From: Octopus vulgaris
Taxonomy: Eukaryota
Direction of reading: 5' to 3'
DNA: 64,000 nucleotides
Assembly (NCBI GenBank): GCA_951406725.2
Contig: OX597828.1
Span: 71,672,001 to 71,736,000, forward strand
The translations under genes and the position numbers were made by a program. Shown here one piece after another: positions 29,601-43,644 of this stretch. The notes under the pieces are model-generated. The model ran no database searches. It was given only the letters and a program-made list of their open reading frames with translations, and was not told the DNA's origin. Numbering within the stretch: position 1 is the stretch's first letter; each line of letters begins with the position of its first letter.

Positions 29601-30047
29601 TCTAGTGAAAACCAGAACGGAAACGAGATGGAGTTTCTTATCTGCTGATGCGGTACTTTTGTATAAGCTACCAAAAAGGTATTGATATGAACGAACTGGT
29701 TAGAATATCGCGTATAATATTTGCTACAAATTCCATCAAATGCCTAACCAAAGTCAACAAAGACCATTATTTGTTACTCATCTTTCATAATGATGTTGAA
29801 GATGGCAAAGTTAATTATGTCAGTTCCAATTATCAATGGTAGTCTTCAAATCTGCTGTCAGAATTACAATATAATGTTTTAACAAATTCACTATCAATGG
29901 TACCGGATTTCCAATGTTCTTGGACTCTAAGTTGGGGTTGAAATAAAAGATCGTTGGGGGCCTTGTAATTTCTTGTCATGTTTCCTTATTTGTCCCCCCC
30001 CAAAAAAAACCCAACAAAAACAGGTTAGCAGAGCATTTTCGAATGTG

Positions 30048-30083
<36 letters not shown>

Positions 30084-30204
30084 GTATGTGTGTGCGCGTG
30101 TGTATGTGTGAGTGTGTGTGTGCGTAAGGGAGAGAGAGAGAGAGAGAGAAACAGTATGTACTTGTATTTCTAGACTGTTTAATGAAGCAAATCAGCAAAC
30201 GATG

Positions 30205-30258
<54 letters not shown>

Positions 30259-30801
30259 TTATGTATGTATGTATGTATGTATGTATGTATGTATGTATGT
30301 ATGTATGTATGTATGTAGCTATTTGTGTGTGTGCGTGTATTTATGCTTATATGTATATGTATATCAATATCTATGCGTGCGTTTCTGCGATAAGCCCAAG
30401 ACGAAAATGTCATTCCATTCATGACAACCACCCACCAAACCCCCTCCCGCCATATTACCAACCAAACTAAAAAAAATTAAAAAAGGAAGAAGAAAAAGGA
30501 TTAAATCCTCCCGCATCCCGGGGAACCGGAACACCAGATTATTGTATCGGCTGTAGTACTGCAGTACTATATTCGCTAAAGCGATTCTATTTAAAGTGGT
30601 ATGACCGAGTTGCCGCAGCCATGCCAGATATTATTTAGTTAATCAACTCCTGCTTGTCTCGTGTCGCACACCATCGCCAGCTCTCTAAAGTACTCTCACT
30701 AACACTGGACTCCTATTTCTCTATTTATTTATTCATCTATCTATCTATATATTCATTTATTTATCTATTTCTGATTATACATTTTTATTTTCTATACTCG
30801 C

Positions 30802-30842
<41 letters not shown>

Positions 30843-30918
30843 TTTTTCTCTCTTTTTCTTTCTCTTCAAACCGGTTTAACGACGTTAAGATCTAACAGAA
30901 AACAATACGTCATGTATT

Positions 30919-31078
<160 letters not shown>

Positions 31079-31220
31079 CATGCATATATGTATGTATATA
31101 TGTATATGTATGTATGTATATATATATATATATCTACATTCACACATATATGTATATGTATGTACTCGTATACAAACACACACACCACACATCTATCTGT
31201 CTGTCTGTAAAATGTACATA

Positions 31221-31271
<51 letters not shown>

Positions 31272-31320
31272 ATATATATATATGTTAAAAAGAGAGTGAA
31301 AGAAAGGGGGAAATAAACAG

Positions 31321-31378
<58 letters not shown>

Positions 31379-31509
31379 GCAAATAAGTGTATTGTTAAAA
31401 TCTTGATGTGCATATATGCATATGGCGTTTCTGTATGCAAATATGCGTTTGTATCGTTGTATGTGCATGTTTACAAGGCACAAAGTACATTGTGAAAGCC
31501 AGCAAAGGA

Positions 31510-31578
<69 letters not shown>

Positions 31579-31916
31579 AAGTAGTAGTAGGAGGAGGAGG
31601 AGTATGATGATAATACGACAAACCATAAACCTTTATGTTTATTTACTTGTGTACTTATGATTTTGGCCCCGGACCAATAAAGTGTTGAGAGCTAACCCTT
31701 GTGCTATTTGAACCCCCAAACTCTGAGTCAGCGAAACGACTATTATAAAATCGAAATATTCTCTCTCTTTTTAATCTCTGTGCTAATGCCATCCGTCCCT
31801 ACCCCTCTCTTTACCCCCGCTTTCTTTACCCCACCTCACTCTTTCTGTACCATGTTTTCTGATTTGATATTTTCATTATGTATCTCTATCTCTCTATCTA
31901 TCTATCCATCCATCCG

Positions 31917-31954
<38 letters not shown>

Positions 31955-31964
31955 CATCCATCCG

Positions 31965-32054
<90 letters not shown>

Positions 32055-32064
32055 CATCCATCCG

Positions 32065-32120
<56 letters not shown>

Positions 32121-32154
32121 CCTAATATCCGCCTATCTATATAAGCTCGTCCAT

Positions 32155-32246
<92 letters not shown>

Positions 32247-32496
32247 TGTGTATTAATATACATATATATATATATATTAATATACATATATATGCATGTA
32301 TGCATATATATGTATCTAACTGCCTATCTTTCTGTCTCTGATTCCCCCTCACTCTTCTCTCTATTCTCCCCCCTCACACCTCTCTCTCTATATATATATA
32401 CTTACATATTTAGATATTCAAATGCTATGCATAATTATATACTTACTATGCATACACTGTAATGTCTGACTACAATATCCATACATAGAAACACAC

Positions 32497-32539
<43 letters not shown>

Positions 32540-32567
32540 AACACACACATACAAACACACACACACG

Positions 32568-32599
<32 letters not shown>

Positions 32600-32955
32600 T
32601 ACATATAAGTTAAATATTTCATTACAAGATCGTCCGCATCCTCCCCTCCACCCCGCACCCCCCACCACCACACTGTTCCTCCTCGATAATCAGTTTATCG
32701 CTGATAGATTATCGTACGAAGCTACTGGCCAATCTAAGTATTGAACAGCTAATCGATATATCTTAACCTCTTGCTCGATATTATCTCATAACCCGTCATC
32801 TCATACGATAACTTCAAATATTACATACGCATAGCGATATCACTGATATCAGATATAGGTTATCAGCGATGCTGATTGTGATGACGTCGATAATGATGAT
32901 GATGATGATGATGATGATAACGACGACGATGAAGACGATGAAGATAAGGACAATG

Positions 32956-33036
<81 letters not shown>

Positions 33037-33042
33037 AATAAT

Positions 33043-33088
<46 letters not shown>

Positions 33089-33090
33089 GA

Positions 33091-33252
33091 GGTTTCAAAT
33101 TTTGGCACAAAGCCACCATTTTTGTTTTTTTAATGAGAGGGGTTTAGCCGATTACACCAACCCCAGTGGTCAACTGGTACGTATGTTATCGACCTCTGAA
33201 AGGATGAAAGGCAAAGTTGACCTCGGTAGAATGTAGAACTCAGAACATAAGG
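33091..33252 (-). mobile_element. SINE family A, 5'-truncated
   Basis: TTTCAAATTTTGGCACAAAGCC...GAAAGGATGAAAGGCAAAGTTGACCTCGG; adjacent to (AAT)n. Confidence 0.8.
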
Positions 33253-34283
33253 AAAAAAAAGAACCGGAATTTTCATAATAATGATGATGATGACGATGGT
33301 GGTGGTGGTGGTGGTGACGCTGTGACGATGGCGCTTTGTGTTACGCATTCGATAAATATCTAAGTGTTCATTCTAAGATTTTGTTCGGTTTGGTAGGTTT
33401 ACAAGTGGAATCGGAGGTGGTGAGGGTTAGGGGTCTCCTTTTCTCATTGACAACGAGTAAGGACGAAAAGGTTAGATTCACAGTGAAGGAGCCGTGGCAG
33501 GTGAACCGTCGGGTAGTCGGGTAGATAGCGTTACGTCATAGTGTATGCTTAAAACACCTCAGCTCTTTACATATAAATCGGGGTGGATGTAGTATTACTT
33601 TGGTTGTAAGTAAAAATCTCTGGATAGTTGTGACCCCTGTGGAATTGAAACGAAAATGGATGATGACGATAAAAGAGGTTGATAATAATGATAAAAATAA
33701 TGATGATGATAACAATAATAACAATACTTTGGCAGTAACACCAACAATAGCAACAACAATAGCAACTAGCCGTCTATCGGTGCAGCCTACCTTACATCTT
33801 ACCATTTCTATTCAAGTTACATCGATGTGTATATTTAATGCGTTGATATATTTATTAAACGGAGTGTGACGGTGAGAGAGAGAGGGGGAGAAAGAGGAAG
33901 GAAAGAGAAAGAGATGGAGGAGGGAGAGAAAAAGGAAGAGAAGAGGAAGGAGAGGGAGAGAAAAGAGGGAGGGAGGGGAGAAGATTGAAAGATGGACGAG
34001 AGGGGAGCGGTGTTATAAGAAAGATGGAAAGAAAATATCAATATAAATACATATGTATATATATATATGTGTATACATAAATACATGTATATATATATAT
34101 ATATATGTGTGTTTGTATGTATATGTGATTATGTATGTATGTATGTATGTATGTATGTATATATATTTATATATATATATATACACATATATACATATGC
34201 AAACATACATATATAAACATATATACATATGCAAACATACATACACAAACATACATACACAAACACATATAGGTATATATGTG

Positions 34284-34331
<48 letters not shown>

Positions 34332-34380
34332 ATTCTATCTATCTATCTATCTCTATACATATCCATGTTAGTCTGTCTGC

Positions 34381-34413
<33 letters not shown>

Positions 34414-35016
34414 TGTATGTATGTATGTATGTATGTATGCATGTATGTGTGTATGTATAATGGTTACCGATCATAGCTATAGATTTTTCCTCGAAAATCT
34501 CCCGAGTGAGAGAGAGGCAATGTATAATAATAATGTATTTTTGCATGATGGCGGCGGCGGTCGTCTGCTTGCGTTTTATAATGACTTAAGATCGGTTCGT
34601 CACAGACAAGTGGATTAACTCGATAAAAATCTCTTGATTGTTGTTCTTTTATTGTTGTTCCGCCTCAATGGAATGGTAAATACATTCTAAGTAAACATGA
34701 ACCATTTCTTCATTTTCCAAATGGAAGATATACCTGTCATTTCTATCCATGATGTTTTTAAATTCGCGTACGTATGTATGTATACAGACACATACATACA
34801 TACATACATACATACATACATACATACATACATACATACATACATACATACACACACATATATACAGACGTACATAGATATACATAAATATACTAATTTA
34901 TATTAATGTTGTCAAATGGAATCTGCATAGATCAATAAAGAATGAGATATTCTCAGTATTGTTTCTTTCCATTCTCAAAGTGATGTGATACACACACAAA
35001 CCCAGAGGTATATATG

Positions 35017-35092
<76 letters not shown>

Positions 35093-35630
35093 CATACATA
35101 CACACACGTTGCTAGTCAACTAGCTTGCTAACCAACCAGATATTTATGTATAGAGGTAGATAGACAAAAACACAGACAGTATCACACACACACGCACGCA
35201 GCATGCACTTACACACGCAAACACAGACACACACACACACACACACACACATTGATTTATAGATTATAGATGGATAAGCAGAAACACAGACAGATCAATC
35301 AATCAGTTGATACATAGAAAAAGAGATGGATAGATACAGTTGTATAGAGTAATAAATAGACAAATATATACAAATATACACATACGTGTGTGTGTGTGTG
35401 TGTGTGTGTGCGTATATATGTGTGCGCGTGTGTGTGTGTATGTATGTGTATGTGTAAACATATGTGTGCCTCTGTGTGCATGTATGTGTGTGTGTATGTG
35501 TGTGCGTGTGTGTAGGGACTGAAAGAAAGGGAGAGAGAGAGAGAGAAAGAGAGAGAGAGAAAGATAGACAGACAGATAGATAGACAGATAGACAGATAGA
35601 TAAATAGATATACAGATAAATAAATAGACA

Positions 35631-35695
<65 letters not shown>

Positions 35696-36724
35696 TTAGA
35701 GAGAGAGAGAGAGAAAGAGAAGGAGAGAGATGAAAATACATGTGAGTACTGCACCCTCCATGTAGCTGTGGGAAGGTAGCATGACTGAAAAGATGATGTG
35801 AGGCTTGTTGTTGCCGTGTTTTGTTCCATTAAGTAGTGTGAGCGGAATTAAATAACGGATTGCAGACGGTGTATAACTGTAGCTGCTAGTTAACACCCTT
35901 CATTTCAAAGACGACTAGTTTTTCTGCTAGACGGCAATATTTGGTTCGATTAGAAGGAAGCTTAGATCACTATTAGATCACTCATCCTTGTTATCGGCGA
36001 TCACAGATAAGTTGAGTCGATCAATGTTAAAAATCCGCTCAATTTTCACGTCTTTTTGTTTGTTTGTTTGTTGTTATTTTTTTATATTTTTTTTTACCAA
36101 TCCTTTATTTTGGAATGGAAAAGTTAATAACAATCAACCATAGTTAAAATTGGTGGCTACGTACCGCCAAAAAGAAATATTAATAATAATAATAATAATG
36201 ATAGTGGTGATGATGATGATGATGATGATGATGACGATGATGATAATAAAATGTGAATTTGAATATGGAGATATGTATACATTCTCAAAGGTAAGAATGA
36301 ATAGGAAAATAACGATCCTCATGATGAGATGATAATGATGATAATGAGGAAAACGACGTTGATGATGATGAGATCAATGATGATGATGATGTTGACGATG
36401 TTGATGGCGATATTTATGATCATAGCAATAATGATATTTGGAGAAAAAAATATATATAAACATAAATAAATCAATTCGTGAAAAAAAGGAGACAGCGAAA
36501 TAAGAACCCAATTTTTTTTTCTTCATAAAAAGTAATAATAATAATATGTTTCGATAAATTATTGATTTTTTTTCTCTCTTTCAGCTAGCCTTATATAACC
36601 ACATCATTTTATGTGTGGAGACGGTTAGTATAGATGAAAATCAGAACTGTTTATCCTTGCAAAGACCAACCTTTCTCTTAAGAATACATTTTCGATACAG
36701 GCGTGTATGTGCGTGTGTGTGCGC

Positions 36725-36843
<119 letters not shown>

Positions 36844-37480
36844 GCGTATATAAACATATAGAATACGTACATATATATGGATACTTATATAATATATATA
36901 TGGATATGTATATATAAATATATATGTGCACACACACACGCCCATACACATAGTAATCGTTTTCTAAATAATGGTCTGTAGTCTATAGATAAATACATCG
37001 GCACACGGAGGCCAGTATGCAAAGGACTTGATGTCCTTAACAAACTGGCCACTGTGTGTGTATATATACTTCATATTAACTATATATATATATACATATA
37101 TATACATATATTTATATATAGTTGTCACTTGTGTTCAGGATATTTACTAAACACCGAGTGAAGACCCAAAGATAATTTCATTATTTTTTTGCTCAATTTA
37201 GTGGTTTTTTTGCTTTTTTTTTTCATTGCTTGTTCGATAATTCGATAGTTCGATAGAATATTTGGATTAGAAAACCATTTCATTTTTAAAGCCGAATGAA
37301 TGATACCCTGCTTATTTGAGCCCATCCACACTACGTTATCGGGATTTCTCTACAGCAGGTTGTACACCTTGACACTAAGCAGGGTAAACAGGCTTGAACT
37401 AATAGGCGCTAATCTAGTAAGCGGGGAAAAAAAAAAGGAAAAACTTTGCTGCGTTTCTAAGTCTAAAGAGATTCCAGTCA

Positions 37481-39031
37481 CTATTCAGTTTCTGGCATCC
37501 CAGCGTTTCTAGCGCGATGGGCATAAAACTTATTAAAATTTTCTGTGATAATTGGAACTGGGATGGCCAGGGTTAACACGCCTGCTACAGCGCACATTGA
37601 CCCGATAACCTTTCCCAAAAAACCAACAGGTACGCGGTCTCCATAACCGACTGTCGTCATGGTGATAAGAGCCCACCAAAAACCATCTGGAATACTCTGG
37701 ATCTGTGAGTCAGGAAGTTCTGTTTCTGCGAAGTAGATAGCACTGGAAAAAAGAACGATACAGAAAAATAACGCCACAAGAAAAAGAAATAGACCCTTAA
37801 GGCTGGCTTTGAATGTTAACACAAGCAACTGAAGGCCAGCTGAGTGTTTTGTTAACTTGAATACTCGAACGAGTCGGATAACCCTTAAGAAAGCTAAGCC
37901 CGTACTTGACTTCGACGCCTCACAACTGTTGCTGCTAATCACATTGACAAATGTGACGTAATACGGTAAAACGGCAGCAAGATCAACCAGGTTTTTAAAA
38001 TTTTGGAAGAATTTCAACTTATTTGGACAAACACAGAACCGTAAGGTCACCTCTAGCGAAAACCAAATTGTGCAAACAGTTTCGGTAAAGAAAAACATAT
38101 CTGGGTATGTCTCCTTTGTATCTCCACAGTCGTTTTTGGAAAAATGTGGTAGTGTCTCTATACAGAACAAAACAATAGATGTCAACGTAAGAAAAACAGA
38201 TACAATACCAATTACATAGGCTACTACGGATGATTCTGGGTATTCTAGTAATATCCACAGTTTTCTTTGACACGGTTTCTCGGGTAGAACGATCTTTTCT
38301 TCGACATAGCCTTCACATTTTTTGTAGTTTGCAATTTGGTCCTTTTCTAACTCGAAGAATTCTATCTCCGAGAGGAATATATCGTCCGGAATTGAATCGG
38401 GGCGTCGAAGTTTGCCCCCACTTTGGTAATAGAAGAATATAGCATCAAAGCTAGGTCTGTGACGATCGAAAAAATACTCCTGCCGGCCCCTGTCAAAATA
38501 TTTTGCTCTTTTTTGTGGGTTACCGAGCAGGGTATCTGGATGCTGTTCCAAAGTGTCTTTCCAGATTTCGTAAACTTGTCCACTAACATTTATTGTAATG
38601 CGTTCCCGAAGGAATCGGTACATCTCCAGGTAACTGTCCAAATCCAGGGTGCCTGCATCTTCCTCGTTAATTAATTGCAGAAGGTAGTTAGAGTCTACAA
38701 GACGGACGTCCAGTGGAGTTGAAACGTTGGACGATGATACATTACAGGACGGTGTACTGTTTGAATTATGTTTCTCCCATAAGCGACCCGTCCCGTCACG
38801 TTTTCCCTGCGTCCTAGACGCATAATTAGATGTGTTGGACACCGAGACCACAGCCATGGTCTGTCTGGCAATGAATACAAGGACGGCACACGCAGTTCTC
38901 CTGAAATGGTTGTAAACAAGCGATGAAGTTGTTAGTTGCTTATTAAGTAGTGCGCCCAATTCACAATTAAAACACCAAGTCGTTTTCTGGTAACGGTTTT
39001 TCATATTGTCCACTACCCCAGTAGCTGGCAT
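37481..39031 (-). CDS. Shaker/Kv1-family voltage-gated potassium channel alpha subunit, divergent paralog, no intron in the ORF; likely start at 38857 (458 aa)
   Basis: T1 domain (ERITINVSG...[27 protein letters not shown]), S1 (LLEYPESS...FCIETLP), S2 ([16 protein letters not shown]), S3 ([12 protein letters not shown]), S4 ([16 protein letters not shown]), pore ([15 protein letters not shown]), S6 PVP motif. The Met at 38857 has the context ACCATGG. Confidence 0.96.
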   Translation of the reverse strand: [516 protein letters not shown]

Positions 39032-39034
39032 GCG

Positions 39035-39042
39035 CTATATAG
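39035..39042 (-). promoter_or_regulatory. Possible TATA-like element (CTATATAG) upstream of the Kv1 ORF
   Basis: TATATA in GC-flanked unique sequence just before the first in-frame ATG; motif match only. Confidence 0.25.
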
Positions 39043-39361
39043 CAGCCTATATCGATCTGCTACTAGCTTGCTGTTCAAGCTGCGACTAGCATCGGCGTCG
39101 TCAGCATCATCATCGTCGTCGTGGTCGGGTTCAGCGTTTGTATCATCATCATCAACGTAGTCATCGCCAGCACTTGATGCTGGAGCGGTTATCTTTCAGC
39201 TTCTCTACGACAACCGTTTTGCTGCTACCTCTGCTGCAGCTGCTGCTGTGACTGCTGCTGCTGTTCTTGCTTACCGGAATACTTGCTGCTACTAACCACC
39301 ACCACCACTACTACTTTTACTACTACTGCTGCTACTGTTACTGCTATTGTTGCTGTTGCTG

Positions 39362-39401
<40 letters not shown>

Positions 39402-39759
39402 GGTTAGTCTACTACTACTACTACTACTATTATAGAGCTGCTGCTGCTGCTGTTGCTGCTGTTGCTGCTAAGGGCTGATGATTACGTTAGTGATAACGAT
39501 GTTGATGATCTTGCTGCTGCTGCTGCTGCTGCTGTTGCCGCAACAGGCATCACTACCACCACCACCACCACTACTACTACAATAGCTGTTGTTGTTGCTG
39601 CTATTACTGTTGCTTCTACTCCAACTACTAGTCGTACTGCTATAACTGTTGCTGCTGCTTCTGCTGCTGCTGCTGTTGCTGCTACTGATGATGATGATGA
39701 TGATGACAACATCACAACACGCCAATGTTTCCAGTGATGCTATAGTGCTTCACCAAACA

Positions 39760-40352
39760 CACGCACACACACACACTTGTACACACATTCATATTTACAC
39801 ACACACACACACACTTGTACACACATTCATACACACACACACTTGCACACACATTCATACACACACACTCACAATCTCACACACATACATACACACACAC
39901 ACACTCACACACACATTCATACACACACACACTCGTACACACATTCATACACACACACACTTGTACACACATTCATACACACACACACTTGCACACACAT
40001 TCATACACACACACACACACTCACAATCTCACACACACTCACAATCTCACACACACACTCGTACACACATTCATACACACACACACTTGTACACACATTC
40101 ATACACACACACACTTGCACACACATTCATACACACACACACACACACACTCACAATCTCACACACACACTTGCACACACATTCATACACACACACACTT
40201 GTACACACATTCATACACACACACACACACACACTCACAATCTCACACACACACTTGTACACACATTCATACACACACACACACACACTCACAATCTCAC
40301 ACACACACTTGCACACACATTCATACACACACACACACACACACACACTCAC
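39760..40352. repeat. Compound CA-rich minisatellite
   Basis: Recurrent CACACATTCATACACAC, CACTTGTAC and CTCACAATCTC modules. Confidence 0.9.
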
Positions 40353-40391
40353 AGGCCGTAACTGTTACCATTGTTATTGTTATTGTTATTG

Positions 40392-40532
40392 CTGTTTAGC
40401 CCCAGGGTCTGCTTCTGATCATACAGATCTATGTTCAGAGCCGCTCTGGCCGTGACCATCCTGTATTTTATTATTATTATTGAAGGTATATTTGGCTGTT
40501 ATTTTCAGCACGTTGAGCGACCATGTAGAGGT
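40392..40532 (-). repeat. Interspersed repeat, inverted relative to 42008-42199
   Basis: Reverse complement GGATGGTCACGGC...CATAGATCTG...GGGGCTAAACA matches 42140-42198. Confidence 0.6.
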
Positions 40533-40569
40533 TCGCTATTGTGGTTGCTGTTGTGGACATCGTCGCCGT

Positions 40570-41593
<1,024 letters not shown>

Positions 41594-41689
41594 AATTATG
41601 AACCATTTCTTCTGTCGCAATGAGGTCGGATATCACTGCTATTGTTCTTGTTGTTGTTGTTGTCGATGACGATGATGATGATGATGAAG

Positions 41690-41743
<54 letters not shown>

Positions 41744-42007
41744 GCTATCACCACCACTACTGCTACTGCTACTGTTATTGCTGTTGTTGTTGGTGATGAT
41801 GATGATGATAATGATGACAATGGTGTTGCAGTTGTTGTGGTTGGTGATGATGGTGGTAGTGATGATGATGATGATGTTGAAAATGAGGATGATGGCGATG
41901 GTGGTGGCTTGTTGTGCTTGGTGATGATGATGATGTTGATGATTGCGGTGGTGGTGGTGGTGATGACGACGATGATGATGGTGGTGGCGGTGATGATGCT
42001 ACAGCCT

Positions 42008-42199
42008 CAGAGACATGTTCGCTCGATCTGCAAGAAATGACAGGCGAAAGCACCCCCAACACACGTCCCCTAAAGTTTCAGAAAGGGACACGTTCAATAA
42101 TGTGTAGTGAAGAATTCCTTTCAGATAGAAAAAAAAGACGGGATGGCTACAGCTGGAACGCTTTTGATCATAGATTTACTGGTTCAGGGGCTAAACAAG
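42008..42199 (+). repeat. Interspersed repeat, same family as 40392-40532
   Basis: CCTC...ACATGTTCGCTCGATCTGC...GGGATGGCTACAGCTGGAA...GGGGCTAAACAA. Confidence 0.6.
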
Positions 42200-42297
42200 T
42201 ATAGCCATCAACCACCACCATCATCATCATTACTACTACCACTACTGCTGCCGCTGCTACTACCACCACCACCACCACCACCACCACCACCACCACC

Positions 42298-42344
<47 letters not shown>

Positions 42345-42562
42345 CACCACCACCACTACCACCACCACTACACAGCTATGTCCAGTTGTTATACACCCTC
42401 AAACCTGTTAGTACAGCTTCCACGCATCTTAAAGGAGCAACACCCACCCGACATACCCTTTTCATCACCACCTTCACCACTACCTCCACCACCACACCTT
42501 CACATATCACTACATATGATAGATAAAAAAGGTTATATTAACACCACCTGTACCTCACTTCC

Positions 42563-42597
<35 letters not shown>

Positions 42598-42725
42598 AGA
42601 TCTCTCTCTCTCTCCCACAAACACTCACGCACACATAAAATCACACACATACAAAATACTTAAGCACTCGGAAATACATCCTTACACATCCATCCACCCA
42701 TCCATCCATACATACATATACATAC

Positions 42726-42839
<114 letters not shown>

Positions 42840-42941
42840 ATATATATACATATATATATATTTATATACATATATTTCAACATTACCATCATCACCAAGC
42901 ACAACAACATCATCATCATCATCCTCATCATCATCATGAAG

Positions 42942-43292
42942 TGCAGGCGTGGCTGCGTGGCAAGTAGCTTGCTTCCCAAGGTTCTGGGATCAGTCCCAAT
43001 GCGTGGCACCTTGAGCAAGTATCTTCTACTATAGCCTCAGGACGACCAAAGCCTTGTGAGTGGATTTGGTTGACAGAAACTGAGAGAAGCCCGTCGTGTC
43101 TGTGTTTTTTTCTCCTGCCATCGCTTGACAATCGATGTTGGTGTGCTTACGTCCCCGTGACTTAGTGGTGTGCAAACGAGATCAATAAAATAAGTGCTAT
43201 GCTTACAAAGAATAAGTCCGGGGGTTGATTTGTTCGACTAAAGGCGGTGCTCCAGCATGGCCGTAATCAAATGACTGAAGCAAGTAGAAGAA
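42942..43292 (+). mobile_element. SINE family B (tRNA-derived), near full length
   Basis: A-box-like TGGCTGCGTGG, B-box-like GGGATCAGTCCC, body GTGAGTGGATTTGG, tail GGTGCTCCAGCATGGCC...TGACTGAA; homologous to 49707-50110. Confidence 0.9.
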
Positions 43293-43317
43293 AAAACAAT
43301 ATATATATATATATATG

Positions 43318-43381
43318 AATACAATTGTTTGTTTGTACTCCACCTGCCTTCGTCTTTTGTTTATTTTCGTAAAGCTTCCCG

Positions 43382-43427
<46 letters not shown>

Positions 43428-43630
43428 CGTCTGCCGTTACGTTGTGAGTTCAAATTCCGCCGAGGTCGACTTTGCCTTTCATCCTTTCGGGGTCGATAAA
43501 TTAAGTACCAGTTACGCACTGAGCGCCATACTAATACAATTGTTTGTTTGTATTCCACCTGCCTTCATCTTTTGTTTATTTCCGTAAACCTGCCTTCGTC
43601 TCTTGTCTATTTTCATAAAGCTTCCCGTTA
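43318..43630 (-). repeat. Two fragments of the repeat at 50490-50682, interrupted by (TA)n and a SINE A fragment (43426-43522, + strand)
   Basis: TGTTTGTTTGTACTCCACCTGCCTTCGTCTTTTGTTTATTTTCGTAAA occurs twice; its reverse complement matches 50500-50556. Confidence 0.6.
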
Positions 43631-43644
43631 TATATATATATATA

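Noticed and set aside
38019-38919. Short alternative-frame and antisense ORFs overlapping the Kv1 gene
   Set aside because: These are shadow ORFs of the real CDS with no independent support.
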